Below, piece by piece: positions 1 through 9,880 of a DNA stretch of 64,000 bases. The notes below the pieces were generated by a model. It had not been told where the DNA came from. It saw nothing but the letters and a program-made list of their open reading frames with translations, and did no database searches. Every line of letters begins with the position of its first letter. The first letter of the stretch is position 1. This DNA comes from a bacterium. GTDB taxonomy: Bacteria; UBA8248. The DNA is taken from contig JAVEPB010000113.1 in NCBI GenBank assembly GCA_030922375.1, positions 9,824-73,823 on the forward strand. The letters are read 5' to 3'. The position numbers and the translations under genes were made by a program.

Positions 1-1211
1 AACTCGGCGCCGTCCACGCCATCGAAGGCAATCTGCCCATTCGTCGGGGCATAAAAGCGAGGAATCAGGTCGAGCAGAGTGGTTTTCCCCGCCCCGCTCA
101 GGCCCACCAGGGCGAACACCCCGCCGGCGGGCACCTCGAAATTCAATTTCTCGAGGACGGCTCCGTCGCCGTAGTCGAAACCCACATCCGAGAAGCGGAT
201 CCCCCTCGATAGGGACTTCATCTCCCGCCCGCCGGGATTGAGTTCCTCGGCCGCATGACTGTCCATTAACTCGAAGACCGATTGCCCCCCGGCGACCCCT
301 TCCATCAGGGTGTGGTACACCCGCGAGAGAGATTTAATCGGGCTGTATATCATCCCGACCGCCACGAGAAAGCTCGAAAGCTGCCCTGGCGTCATCTCCC
401 CCCGAATGACCATCCCCGCGCCGAACCAGAGGACCAGCCCCCCCAGAACGCCCCCAATGGTCTCGACGATAGGCGGCGTCATCGCACGGATCCGCATGGC
501 TTTCATGACGCGCCGGAAAAACGAAAGATTGGCTCGGCTGAACCGGGCCTCCTCGATCGCCTCGGCTCCGAACGCCTTGACCACCCGGATTCCCACGTAA
601 GTTTCCTTCATCTGGGCGCTGATATCGCCCATTTTCCTTTGTGTGGAGCGGGTGACACGTCGGATTTTTTCGCCGAACACGGCGATGAGAGCGCCCACGG
701 GCGGAACAATGACGATGAAGATAAGGGCCATCTTGGGATTTTGATAAATGGCCACGGCCAAGAGCCCCAGGAAAGTAAAAAGATGACGGCCCAAATCGCG
801 AACCGCGCTCGAGGCCGCCTTTTGCATCAACGTGATGTCGTAGGTGACCTTGGCCATCAACTCCCCGGTCGATTTGTCGTCGAAGAAACTCATGGGAAGG
901 CCGAGGAGATGCCGGTGGAGCCCGTTCCGGATATCCATCACCACCCGCTGGCCCACCCAGTACATGAAGTAGTTCTGGCAATAGGCGAGAACGCCCTTTA
1001 AGGCGTAGATTCCGGCCAAGCCCACCGAAAGGAGATAGGCCACCGAAATGTCCCTGGCGATGAGGACATCGTCCACCGCATAGCGGACCAAGAGCGCGGG
1101 AACGGCGTTGAACGCGCCGACGAAAAGGGTGCACGCGACAGCAGCCGCAAACCGCGCGCGGTAGGGCTTCAGGTATTCGAGAATGCGGCGGTAGGTCTGA
1201 AGCTGGCTCAC
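1..1211 (-). CDS. msbA: Lipid A/LPS export ABC transporter, fused permease-ATPase (MsbA-like); C-terminal end runs off the window
   Basis: Not in the ORF track because it is open at the window edge. My minus-strand translation from GTG at 1211 gives VSQLQTYRRILEYLKPYRARFAAAVACTLFVGAFNAVPALLVRYAVDDVL... (ABC TM domain). The same frame continues to Walker A LSGAGKTTLLDLIPRFY at about 60-110. GTGA overlap with the upstream GT stop. LPS gene context. Confidence 0.8.
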   Translation of the reverse strand, partial: MSQLQTYRRILEYLKPYRARFAAAVACTLFVGAFNAVPALLVRYAVDDVLIARDISVAYLLSVGLAGIYALKGVLAYCQNYFMYWVGQRVVMDIRNGLHRHLLGLPMSFFDDKSTGELMAKVTYDITLMQKAASSAVRDLGRHLFTFLGLLAVAIYQNPKMALIFIVIVPPVGALIAVFGEKIRRVTRSTQRKMGDISAQMKETYVGIRVVKAFGAEAIEEARFSRANLSFFRRVMKAMRIRAMTPPIVETIGGVLGGLVLWFGAGMVIRGEMTPGQLSSFLVAVGMIYSPIKSLSRVYHTLMEGVAGGQSVFELMDSHAAEELNPGGREMKSLSRGIRFSDVGFDYGDGAVLEKLNFEVPAGGVFALVGLSGAGKTTLLDLIPRFYAPTNGQIAFDGVDGAE

Positions 1212-2368
1212 CGCCGCATCTCCTTGGGCGATTGTGATATCCCCAGAACCTGGGCATAAACATTTTCGACCATCTCGCCCCGATATCCGTTATAGAAGTG
1301 GCGCTCCACCCGCTGCCGCCCGGCACGGCCGAACTGAATGCGCTTGCCCTTGTCGGTGACGAGGCTCTTGAAAGCGGCCGACAGGGCGCCGGGATTATTC
1401 GGCGGCACGACATAGGACGTCACGACATCGCGGACCACCTCGTCGAGACCATTATGCGAGGTCACAACACAGGGGATTCCCATCGCCATCGCCTCGAGCA
1501 GAGCCCGGCAGGTCCCCTCCGACCCCGGGGCGAGCAGGGTGAAGATGTCGATCCCCGCGAGCACCTCGGGGAGTTCCTCCTCGATATAACCGGGGAAATG
1601 CACCCGCTCGTTCAGGCCCAATGAGCCAACACGCTCCTGAATAGCCGGGAGATATTCTCCCTTTCCGACAATCACAAGGTGAACCCCGGGCACCTCCACG
1701 GCGAGGAGGCGGAACGCTTCGAGAAGTGTCATGTATCCCCGGTCCGGGGCCAGGCGGGAGACAATCCCGATGAGGACCGCCTTGGTGGGAAGCTCCAGGA
1801 AATCCCGCCCATTAACGCGGGCTTCAATCGAGGCCGGGCGGAAGCGCTCGATATCCACCCCGCCCCGGACCATGTGGAGCCGGCCGGCTGGAACCTGCAA
1901 CTGGTTTTTCAGGATTCCGGCGATATGGCTGTTCACGCCGATAACGCCGTCCGTCGAACGGCTCAGGAGGTACTTGTTGAAGATGTTCGCTTTCGCCGCC
2001 CGAGGGTGGTGAATCGTCCGTACAAGGCGGGGCCGGCCTTTTGCTCTTTGAATGGCGAAGTAACTCAGCCAGTGGTCGGCCGAAAGATGACAGTGAACGA
2101 TATCGGCGCCGACCTTGTCGATGAGACGGGCCAGGGCCCCTACGGAGCCCCAAATCCGCACGGGGCTCAGGCTCCGGGTCGGGTCCACATCCTCGATCCG
2201 TGGGTAACCGGCCGCTTCGGCCTGCGCTTCAAGCGCATCACCGCCCACGCAAACAAAATGCATGTCATGGCCCCGCTTGCCCAGGGTGTCGGTCAGGAAT
2301 AATGCGGGCTCGGCCGGACCCGTCCACCACGGACTGCTGATAACCTGGATGATTTTCAGTTGGCGCAC
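1208..2368 (-). CDS. Glycosyltransferase, GT4/group 1 family (LPS core or O-chain)
   Basis: 386-aa ORF. N-terminus is MRQLKIIQVISSPWWTGPAEP. The C-terminal GT-B motif is GSEGTCRALLEAMAMGIPCVVT (E-x7-E type). Start and stop overlap the neighbouring genes. Confidence 0.8.
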   Translation of the reverse strand: MRQLKIIQVISSPWWTGPAEPALFLTDTLGKRGHDMHFVCVGGDALEAQAEAAGYPRIEDVDPTRSLSPVRIWGSVGALARLIDKVGADIVHCHLSADHWLSYFAIQRAKGRPRLVRTIHHPRAAKANIFNKYLLSRSTDGVIGVNSHIAGILKNQLQVPAGRLHMVRGGVDIERFRPASIEARVNGRDFLELPTKAVLIGIVSRLAPDRGYMTLLEAFRLLAVEVPGVHLVIVGKGEYLPAIQERVGSLGLNERVHFPGYIEEELPEVLAGIDIFTLLAPGSEGTCRALLEAMAMGIPCVVTSHNGLDEVVRDVVTSYVVPPNNPGALSAAFKSLVTDKGKRIQFGRAGRQRVERHFYNGYRGEMVENVYAQVLGISQSPKEMRR

Positions 2369-3465
2369 GCCGATACCACCTCTTTATATATTTGTTCCGT
2401 CTCGTCTAGCATTTTTTCAATTGTGTGGTGTTCCCCAACGAACAATCTTCCCGAAGCGCCCATCTGTTCGAGCCGGCCAGGCTCCCCGATTAATTCCCTC
2501 ACGGCGCCGGCCATGGCATCCGGATCTCCCGGAGGAACCACTACTCCCGCTCCCGCCGGGAGTATCGCCTCCGGGACACCGCCGACATCGGTACCGACAA
2601 TGGCCACTCCCATGGCCATCGCCTGAAGAGCCACCTGGGGGATTCCCTCCGTCCGCGTCGAGGCGATCACCAAAAGATCGATGGCGGCCATGACCTCGGG
2701 AATATCTTCCCGGTAGCCGGTAAAGGTGACTGTGCCGTCCGCCAGCCCGAGCTGCTTCGCCTGCTCCCGGAAGATTTCCCCCCAGTGCCCCTCTCCGACG
2801 ACAAAAAACCGGGTGGCGTATCCTTCTTCCTTGACAAGCCGGGCCGCGGCCAGAAAATGCTCCACCCCCTTACTCTTTCTAAGGTTGGCGACAAGCCCCA
2901 CCGCCGGTACTCCATCGGGCACACCGAACTCCGCTCGAAAGGAGGCGCCGGAGACTTCCTCGTTAAACCGGGAAAGATCCACACCCGTGGGAAGTACGGA
3001 AACCCTCGAAAATTCACATAAACCGGCTTCGGCCAGCATCCGGCGAGTCAGATCCGCCGTCGTCATTATCCGGCTCGGAAGGCGATAAGCCCAATTGAAA
3101 GGATGACCACTGACAGGGATCGATACATGACGTGTCCTGACGACCGGGACACCCAGCAACCGGCCCACCAGCCCGGCCAGCCAGCTGTCCTTGCTGGAAT
3201 GCGTGTGTATGACGTCGGGGCGGATTTCCCGAATCAGGGACAGGAGCCGCGCGAAAGCCACCGGATCCCAACTGGTTCTCATTCGCACGCTTCGATAGGG
3301 TACGCCGCTCTGACCCGCCTCCCGTCCAATCAGGCTCTCGGGTTGACCCACAACGAGGACACTGTGCCCTCTTTTCCGGAGGAAGGCCGCCTCGAGGAGG
3401 ATGCGTTTTTCCTGCCCCCCCAAGCCGGGAGAGGCCTCCGTATGGAGAATGCTAAGTGGTTTCAC
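2356..3465 (-). CDS. Glycosyltransferase, GT4/group 1 family
   Basis: The ORF-track entry 2356..3552 looks over-extended. GTG at 3465 gives VKPLSILHTEASPGLGGQEKRILLEA, a typical GT4 N-terminus. C-terminal motif is RTEGIPQVALQAMAMGVAIVGTDVGGVPE. Confidence 0.8.
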   Translation of the reverse strand: MKPLSILHTEASPGLGGQEKRILLEAAFLRKRGHSVLVVGQPESLIGREAGQSGVPYRSVRMRTSWDPVAFARLLSLIREIRPDVIHTHSSKDSWLAGLVGRLLGVPVVRTRHVSIPVSGHPFNWAYRLPSRIMTTADLTRRMLAEAGLCEFSRVSVLPTGVDLSRFNEEVSGASFRAEFGVPDGVPAVGLVANLRKSKGVEHFLAAARLVKEEGYATRFFVVGEGHWGEIFREQAKQLGLADGTVTFTGYREDIPEVMAAIDLLVIASTRTEGIPQVALQAMAMGVAIVGTDVGGVPEAILPAGAGVVVPPGDPDAMAGAVRELIGEPGRLEQMGASGRLFVGEHHTIEKMLDETEQIYKEVVSACAN

Positions 3466-4273
3466 GCCCTCGGCGCCTCTCCCAGAGGAAGGCGGACCGC
3501 ATAAAAACATAGTAGGCATAACCGGCCGAGACGATGAATCCCTCGCGCCCATCCCGCCAGCCGCCCTTGAAAAAATATCCCTTCAAAAATCGCCAAATCG
3601 GGCGAGCGACAAAATCGGCGACACCGGGTTTGCGTCCCTTCGAGTGGAGCTCCTCGGCCGCCAGCCCGGCATAGCGCATCTGCCGATCAAAAAATTCGCC
3701 GATATCGTTATAGCTGTGATGTTCGAGAGGCTCGGCGAGAGAAACCACTTCTCCGTTTACGTCCACCGACTCGTGAACCTGCTTTTCATTGAAACGGCCC
3801 AGCTCCCTACGAAAAAGACGGACCTGATGGTCCGGCCAATGGTCCCCGTGGCGAAGCCATTTTCCGAAAAAGATGTTTTTCCGGGGAAAGCGATAGCCAT
3901 CGGCCGGCCCGTTGCCGCCGAGCACCCTTAATATTTCCTCTCGCAGAGCCCCGGTGACAACCTCATCCGCATCGAGACTCAGTATCCAGGGATGACTCGT
4001 CTTTTCGAGCGCCATGTTTTTCTGGGCCGAGTAGCCCATCCAGGGAGCTTCGAGGACCGTTGCGCCGCGGCCGCGGCAGATGGCCTGCGTCCCGTCCTCA
4101 CTTTCGCCGTCGATGACGATGACTTCATCCGCCCAGGCCACGCTGTCGAGACAAGCCCCGATTCGGGCGGCCTCGTTCCTCGCGATGATGGCTACGCTAA
4201 GAAGCTGGCGCTTCGCCCCAGCCTCCGGGCCCACCGCCGGGCCGCCTCGGCGCTCGGCCACCTCCGGGGTCAC
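3452..4273 (-). CDS. Glycosyltransferase family 2 (WaaE/KdtX-like LPS core glycosyltransferase)
   Basis: Motifs LLSVAIIARNEAARIGACLDSV ... VIVIDGESEDGT ... LSLDADE (DxD). 273-aa ORF. Confidence 0.8.
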   Translation of the reverse strand: MTPEVAERRGGPAVGPEAGAKRQLLSVAIIARNEAARIGACLDSVAWADEVIVIDGESEDGTQAICRGRGATVLEAPWMGYSAQKNMALEKTSHPWILSLDADEVVTGALREEILRVLGGNGPADGYRFPRKNIFFGKWLRHGDHWPDHQVRLFRRELGRFNEKQVHESVDVNGEVVSLAEPLEHHSYNDIGEFFDRQMRYAGLAAEELHSKGRKPGVADFVARPIWRFLKGYFFKGGWRDGREGFIVSAGYAYYVFMRSAFLWERRRGRETT

Positions 4274-4471
4274 CTAGCCTTTCTCCTGGCTCTTTTCCCA
4301 CTCATCAAGCGGTATGGCCTCATCCACCAACATGATGGGAATATCGTCCTGAATCCGATAGACAAGCTTCGAGTCCTTGCAGATGAGAAAATTCCCGTCT
4401 TCACTGAGCTCCAATGGTTTCTTGCTCACGGGACACGCAAGAATTTCAAGCAACTCCTTATCGATGGTCAT
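4274..4471 (-). CDS. ycaR: Trm112/YcaR-family small zinc-ribbon-like protein (UPF0434)
   Basis: MTIDKELLEILACPVSKKPLEL...LVYRIQDDIPIMLVDEA is the YcaR/Trm112 signature. An internal ATG at 4471 gives an ATGA overlap with the upstream epimerase stop. The track start at 4495 is probably over-extended. Confidence 0.75.
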   Translation of the reverse strand: MTIDKELLEILACPVSKKPLELSEDGNFLICKDSKLVYRIQDDIPIMLVDEAIPLDEWEKSQEKG

Positions 4472-5415
4472 CTCTTTCTTCTCCCTAAGAGCCATTCATA
4501 TTCGACCTTGAGACCTTCTCTCAATTTCGTTTTCGGCTGAAATCCAATTTCCGCTCTCGCCAGAGAGGTATCCGCCCAGGTGTGGCGAACGTCCCCTTTC
4601 TGGACATCCTCTCGAATCTCCTCGAGCGGGGCGCCCTGAATCTCGCCCATCAGGGAAATCACTTCATTCAAGGTGGCCCGGTGCCCCCCGCCGATATTGT
4701 AAACCGATCCGGCCTTCCCCTTCATCATGGCCTGATAATTCCCTTCGGCGGCATCGCCCACGAAGGTGAAATCCCGGCTCTGCTCCCCGTCACCGTAAAC
4801 CGAAATCGGTTTGCCCTCGATTCCCGCCGTGAGAAACCGGCGAAACGCCATATCCGGCCGCTGGCGGGGGCCATATACGGTGAAGTATCGGAGGGACACC
4901 GTATGGACTCCGAAATTCCTGCAGTACAGATAGCAAAGGTGCTCTCCGGCCAGTTTGGATACACCGTAGGGCGATACCGGTCTCGGAACGGTCTCCTCTT
5001 TTGTCGGCCCCTCCAGGGCGTCTCCGTAGATTGACGAGGAGGAAGCATAAACAAAAGCCTTGTGCTTCCGGTCCCGGCAAGCTTCTAAAAGCCGCTGGGT
5101 CGAGAGGTTGTTGTCATCGAGGTAGACCGAAAAAGCCTTCCCCCAGCTATCGCGGACACCGGCCTGGGCCGCCAGATGAAAAACGCCGTCCACCTTGGAC
5201 ACGATTTCCTCGAGGGAATCCTTGCTCAAATCCATCTCGATGAAATCAAACCCGTCCGTATCCCGAAGCGCCTGAAGATTCGCCTCCTTGTCCTCTCTCC
5301 CGTAAAAACTTGAAAACCGATCCACGCCGACGACCCGGGCTCCATCGCCGAGCAAACGCTCGCACAGATGTGAGCCGATGAACCCGGCGGCGCCGGTCAC
5401 TAAAAATCGAGACAC
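4468..5415 (-). CDS. NAD-dependent sugar-nucleotide epimerase/dehydratase (extended SDR)
   Basis: Rossmann motif VTGAAGFIGSHL and catalytic SPYGVSKLAGE (YxxxK). 315 aa. Substrate cannot be assigned from the sequence alone. Confidence 0.8.
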   Translation of the reverse strand: MSRFLVTGAAGFIGSHLCERLLGDGARVVGVDRFSSFYGREDKEANLQALRDTDGFDFIEMDLSKDSLEEIVSKVDGVFHLAAQAGVRDSWGKAFSVYLDDNNLSTQRLLEACRDRKHKAFVYASSSSIYGDALEGPTKEETVPRPVSPYGVSKLAGEHLCYLYCRNFGVHTVSLRYFTVYGPRQRPDMAFRRFLTAGIEGKPISVYGDGEQSRDFTFVGDAAEGNYQAMMKGKAGSVYNIGGGHRATLNEVISLMGEIQGAPLEEIREDVQKGDVRHTWADTSLARAEIGFQPKTKLREGLKVEYEWLLGRRKR

Positions 5416-5442
5416 TTAAAAACTCCCTTTATTTTCGCATAC

Positions 5443-6504
5443 TTAGCGGGATTTTTCATGGGTATTCCATAGATTCCGAATAGCCAGTATTGCTTCATCC
5501 GCACCAATAAGGTCAAGGCACTCAATGTCCGGGCAGGTCCTGCCATAGCAACCACTACAGGCAAGGCGGTGGTGAAGAACGGCATGCCCCGCTCCCCAAG
5601 GGCCATTGCGCCAGGGTTCGGTCGGTCCAAACAGTGCCAGGCACTTCACTCCAAGGGCCGCCGCCAGATGGAGCGGTCCCGTATCGCCCCCGGCAAAGAC
5701 ATCCGCCCTCCGAATCAGTGCCATGAGTTTACGGATGCCGGTCGGAGGGGCCAGAGCGGCGCGGGTTTGCATGGCCTCCGCTACCCGCCGGGCCTCTTCT
5801 TCCTCTCCGGGCCCCCAGGTCAGCAGGGTGCGGCCGGCCGAAATCCTCGCCCATGCGTCGCCGAGGGCGGCATAGCGTCCGGCTTCCCATCGCTTCGTCT
5901 CCCATCCCGCGCCCGGATGCATGATCAGAAGCGGGTGCCCGGACAACAAGCCCTCCCGGCGAAGCCAAGATTCCGCTTCTTCCCCTTCAGCGGCCCGCTC
6001 GGGAAGCGGAAAACGAATCTCGGCGTCAAGCGGCCGGGATAGGCCGAGGGGGACGAGCAGGGAAAGATTTTTTTCGATGACATGGTGAGGTCCCTCGATA
6101 ACCCTCGCCCAATGAGTCGTAAAAACGACGTTCATACCTTCCCGGCAAGCGCGTTGCTCGAAACCGATTCGCATCTCAGCGCCCGAAGCCCAGGAGATCA
6201 CCCCGCTTTTAATCAACCCCTGCGCATCGATGGCGACGTCGGCCCCTGGTCTTTTGATAAGATCGAAGGTCCGGCGGAGCTCCGAGGGGATTCCCAGGAG
6301 ACCTTTTTTTCTCCAGGATTTCGAATCCACGACAATCACCTGATCAATATCGGGGTTTTCCTCGAGAAGTACGCTCGGCCCCGGCGCCACCGCCCAGCAG
6401 ATCTTGGACGATGGGTAAGCATCCCGGACCGCACCGGCCAGCGGAAGGGTATGAATGACGTCTCCAACGGCGCCGAGGCGCACGAGGAGGAACCGATCGG
6501 TCAT
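5443..6504 (-). CDS. waaC: ADP-heptose:LPS heptosyltransferase I-like (GT9)
   Basis: N-terminal LLVRLGAVGDVIHTLPLAGAV resembles E. coli WaaC (SSMGDVLHTLPAL). GT9 length. Adjacent to the ADP-heptose genes. Confidence 0.75.
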   Translation of the reverse strand: MTDRFLLVRLGAVGDVIHTLPLAGAVRDAYPSSKICWAVAPGPSVLLEENPDIDQVIVVDSKSWRKKGLLGIPSELRRTFDLIKRPGADVAIDAQGLIKSGVISWASGAEMRIGFEQRACREGMNVVFTTHWARVIEGPHHVIEKNLSLLVPLGLSRPLDAEIRFPLPERAAEGEEAESWLRREGLLSGHPLLIMHPGAGWETKRWEAGRYAALGDAWARISAGRTLLTWGPGEEEEARRVAEAMQTRAALAPPTGIRKLMALIRRADVFAGGDTGPLHLAAALGVKCLALFGPTEPWRNGPWGAGHAVLHHRLACSGCYGRTCPDIECLDLIGADEAILAIRNLWNTHEKSR

Positions 6505-7004
6505 CTTGCTTCGGGCGGGCCTGTGCGCGATCCGATTTCCGTAGAAGAATGATCCTTGGGATCGCCGCAGATGGCCACCTCCCCACCATAACTTTTCACC
6601 GTTTCGCGCTCCGGAACGGTTTCGGCGGTGTAGTCGGTTCCTTTTGCGTGGACATGGGGTTTCAACGCAAGGAGGAGACGCGAAACATTGTCTTCATCGA
6701 ACAAAACAAGATAGTCCACCATCTCAAGGGCGGAGAGGATCTCGAGACGCTCATCCTGGGCGGTGTAGGGCCTCCCCACTCCCTTGAGCCGCCGGGCCGA
6801 CTCATCCGAATTCACGGCAAGAACCAGGACATCGCCCAGAGCGCTCGCCTCGCGGAGATAGCGCACGTGGCCTGCGTGGATCAAGTCAAAGCAGCCGTTC
6901 GTGAATATCACACGTTTTCCGGCTCTCTTGTCGCGCTCCACAGCCTCGACGAGTTCATCCGCCGCGAGGAGCTTTCCGCCGAAGGAGCCAATTCCATCGT
7001 TCAA
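6501..7004 (-). CDS. hldC: D-beta-D-heptose 1-phosphate adenylyltransferase (RfaE domain II as a separate gene)
   Basis: Cytidylyltransferase motif FTNGCFDLIHAGHVRYL. 167 aa. 4-nt overlaps on both sides. Confidence 0.85.
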   Translation of the reverse strand: MNDGIGSFGGKLLAADELVEAVERDKRAGKRVIFTNGCFDLIHAGHVRYLREASALGDVLVLAVNSDESARRLKGVGRPYTAQDERLEILSALEMVDYLVLFDEDNVSRLLLALKPHVHAKGTDYTAETVPERETVKSYGGEVAICGDPKDHSSTEIGSRTGPPEAR

Positions 7005-7993
7005 CCCCGGTCCCCCTCCAGCGTCCCGAGAAGCTCTTCGCGGTAAACCGTCGCCGTACCCCGTTTCATGACGACAAGTCCCGCCGCCCGATTGGCGATT
7101 TCGGCCGCGTCCGGCGGCGGCGCACCGGCGGCCAGCGAGAGCGTGAACGCGGAAATTACCGTGTCCCCCGCACCCGTTACGTCCGAGGCTTCCTCGGACC
7201 CGAATACGGGGATATCCCGCCTTGTCTCTCCGTTTTCGAATACGCTCATCCCCTTACTCCCACGGGTGATGAGCACCGCGCGGGCCCTGGTCCGCTCCAG
7301 CAGGGCCGCTCCCGCATCGCCCAAGCGATCTCCCTCGGGAACATAGCCGAGAAGCCGCTCGACCTCCTCTTCGTTCGGAGTGATCGCCGTAATTCCCTCG
7401 TATGTGTCGGCGCGGTGGCGGCTATCGACAGTGACGATCATCTCCCGCGCCAGACGGCCCGCGGTCTCACGGACGGCATCGGTCACTACCCCCAGGCCGT
7501 AGTCGGAGACGATCAAAGCGTTCACACCATCGCCCGGAAGCGCATCGAGCGCACCGAGAATCCGGGCCTCCAAGTCTCCCCTCACCTCCAGCTGGCGTTC
7601 GTGATCGATCCGAATCACCTGCTGGCGGCTGGTGTTTCGTCCACCGGCCATGATGCGCATCTTGGTCGGGGTAAACCGCCCCTCCTCGAGAAAAAGATTC
7701 CCGGCTTCGACTCCGCCCGCTTCGGCGGCGCGCCTCAGCGCCTCGCCGTTCGCGTCCGCACCGAGGGCGCCGATGGCCGCGACCTTCCCGCCGAGAGAGG
7801 CCGCGTTCATGGCGGCGTTTCCCCCGCCGCCGGGGAGAATTTCCCGCGAGTTGAAATCGAGAACGATGACCGGAGCCTCACGGCTGATTCGGGAAGTGTC
7901 CCCGTGGATAAACTCATCGGCGATATAGTCGCCCACCACCGCAACCCGCAGCGAGGGAAACCGCTCGACGTACTCTCGAAGGGACTGACTCAT
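7001..7993 (-). CDS. hldA: D-beta-D-heptose 7-phosphate kinase (RfaE domain I as a separate gene, PfkB family)
   Basis: PfkB-type motifs GGGGNAAMNAA and VTGAGDTVISAF. 330 aa. Lies between gmhB and hldC. Confidence 0.85.
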   Translation of the reverse strand: MSQSLREYVERFPSLRVAVVGDYIADEFIHGDTSRISREAPVIVLDFNSREILPGGGGNAAMNAASLGGKVAAIGALGADANGEALRRAAEAGGVEAGNLFLEEGRFTPTKMRIMAGGRNTSRQQVIRIDHERQLEVRGDLEARILGALDALPGDGVNALIVSDYGLGVVTDAVRETAGRLAREMIVTVDSRHRADTYEGITAITPNEEEVERLLGYVPEGDRLGDAGAALLERTRARAVLITRGSKGMSVFENGETRRDIPVFGSEEASDVTGAGDTVISAFTLSLAAGAPPPDAAEIANRAAGLVVMKRGTATVYREELLGTLEGDRG

Positions 7994-8580
7994 CTTTTCC
8001 CCTCATTCCTTTCCTCGAGAATCAACTGGACGGCATGATAGGCGTCCTCGGCACAGATGTCCGGCTCGCGGGCCCAACCGCCGCCGAAGTGATCCCGCGA
8101 GCCGCGCCCGTAACCGGTGAGCACATAAACGCCCCGGCAGCCCGCGGCCCATCCGCATTCCATATCGGAGTATTTGTCCCCGATCATATAGGAGCGCTCG
8201 AGGTTGACACCGTGATCCTTCGCGGCCTGAAGGAGCATGCCGGGTTTGGGCTTTCTCAAGTCCGAGTCCACGGCCAGGGCAGGGTCATCGGAGCTGGGAT
8301 GATAGGGACATAGATAGATGGCATCGAGGTGCGCGCCCTGGCGCGCCAGCTCCGCTTCGAGCTTTTCATGGACGCGCCCGATCATTTCCACCGGAAAATA
8401 ACCCCGCGCCGCGCCCGCCTGATTCGTCGCCAAAATCGCCAACAATCCCGCTTCGTTCACGCACCTCACCGCCGCCGCCGACCGGGGATAGAGTTCATAA
8501 TCGTCCAGGTGAGTGATATACCCGGCATCACGGTTCAGAACGCCGTCCCGGTCGAAAAATACCGCCGCGCGCCCGCTCAC
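7990..8580 (-). CDS. gmhB: D,D-heptose 1,7-bisphosphate phosphatase
   Basis: HAD motif I AVFFDRDGVLN, plus KPKPGML and IGDKYSD. 196 aa. Confidence 0.85.
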   Translation of the reverse strand: MSGRAAVFFDRDGVLNRDAGYITHLDDYELYPRSAAAVRCVNEAGLLAILATNQAGAARGYFPVEMIGRVHEKLEAELARQGAHLDAIYLCPYHPSSDDPALAVDSDLRKPKPGMLLQAAKDHGVNLERSYMIGDKYSDMECGWAAGCRGVYVLTGYGRGSRDHFGGGWAREPDICAEDAYHAVQLILEERNEGKR

Positions 8581-9677
8581 TTAGGAGCCTCCGCAGGCCT
8601 GGAGGGGAGGGCGTTCGCCAGAATCTCTTCCACCTCTTCGGCAACCTCCTCCGGGGAAATTTCCTTCATGCATCGATGGTGCCCGAGCGGACACACTCGC
8701 TCAAAACACGGGCTACACGCCATTTCCCGCCGAAGGTCTCGGTGCGCTTCCCCCCGGGGGGCTGTCCGCAACGGGTCGGTCGGCCCGAACAGGGAGACAG
8801 TCCTCACCCCCACGAGGGCCGCTATGTGAAGCGGACCGGTATCGCCCGAAACCAAAACGCTCAAACGCGCCAAAAGACCCGGCAAGGTATGCAGCGAATC
8901 CTTCCCAGCCAAATTGATCGCGGCGCCCCCGGCCGCGGCGCAGACCCGGTCCGCCAGGTCCACTTCCTTCGGCCCGCCGAGAACAAGGACGCGCACGCGT
9001 CCACCGGCCGTCAATCTCCGCGCCAGGGCGGCGTATGACTCAACCGGCCAGGTTTTCGAGGCTCCGAAAAAAGCGCCGGGGTTAAGTCCGATCAACGGCG
9101 CCTCCCCGCCGCCCGTCTCCTCTCCGATCAAACGATCCGCGAACTCTGACGCCTCCGGACTCACCGGCAGGCGGGCTGACCGGTGGGCCGGAGTAATTCC
9201 CTGCGCTTCAAGGAGTCCAAGATAATAATCGACTAAATGGGGCGGCGGCGAATCGGGCGGCGGCGGGACCGGATGCGTCAGCAGCCACCCTCTTCCCCCG
9301 GTGGCGTACCCTATCCTCCGGGAGGCGCCAAGCCAACGACCCAGAAGCGCCGAGCGAAAGCTATTGGGAAGGAGCCAGAGGGCATTAATTCCATTTCTCC
9401 GGGTCTTCGAAGGGGCCGAAAAAAAACTCCGCCATTTTCCGCCCTCCGTCCGGAGAACCGCATCCAGCCAAGGAAAGGTGTCCAAAATTCCCGCGGCCCA
9501 GGGAGCGGCCAGCGCCTCGATCCGATCGCCGGGGAATGCGGCGCGCAGGGAGGCAAAAAAAGGTGCGGCCATCGCCGCATCGCCGATCCAGTTGGGGGCA
9601 ACAATTATTTGCCGCCCTTCGTGGTTTTCAGGAAATTCCCTCACCCAACGTCCTCCGCCTGGCGCTCCCCCGGGCAA
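8577..9677 (-). CDS. waaF: ADP-heptose:LPS heptosyltransferase II-like (GT9)
   Basis: QIIVAPNWIGDAAMAAPFFASL resembles the WaaF N-terminus (ILVIGPSWVGDMMM). C-terminal motif is SGDTGPLHIAAALG. The true start may lie a few codons downstream of 9677. Confidence 0.75.
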   Translation of the reverse strand: MPGGAPGGGRWVREFPENHEGRQIIVAPNWIGDAAMAAPFFASLRAAFPGDRIEALAAPWAAGILDTFPWLDAVLRTEGGKWRSFFSAPSKTRRNGINALWLLPNSFRSALLGRWLGASRRIGYATGGRGWLLTHPVPPPPDSPPPHLVDYYLGLLEAQGITPAHRSARLPVSPEASEFADRLIGEETGGGEAPLIGLNPGAFFGASKTWPVESYAALARRLTAGGRVRVLVLGGPKEVDLADRVCAAAGGAAINLAGKDSLHTLPGLLARLSVLVSGDTGPLHIAALVGVRTVSLFGPTDPLRTAPRGEAHRDLRREMACSPCFERVCPLGHHRCMKEISPEEVAEEVEEILANALPSRPAEAPK

Positions 9678-9880
9678 CCGAATCGGCTCCGGACTGGCAC
9701 TCTCGCCGTAACGCTATCAATTTCAGGGAACTATAGCAATTACAAGATCCTTGAGGTCGCCGATCCCTTCGCCGAAAAATTTTCACACAGCGGCCCCCGC
9801 CTGTATAGGGCGCAGGACCGGACTCTGTTATTATGCCCTTTCAACAACAGCGCCCCGCCGCGGCCAACGGAGACCATCCC

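Noticed and set aside
334-1413. 359-aa minus-strand ORF in the track covering the msbA region
   Set aside because: It is the wrong frame and R/P/G-rich with no motifs. The adjacent frame starting at GTG 1211 encodes a clean MsbA-type TM domain and Walker A.
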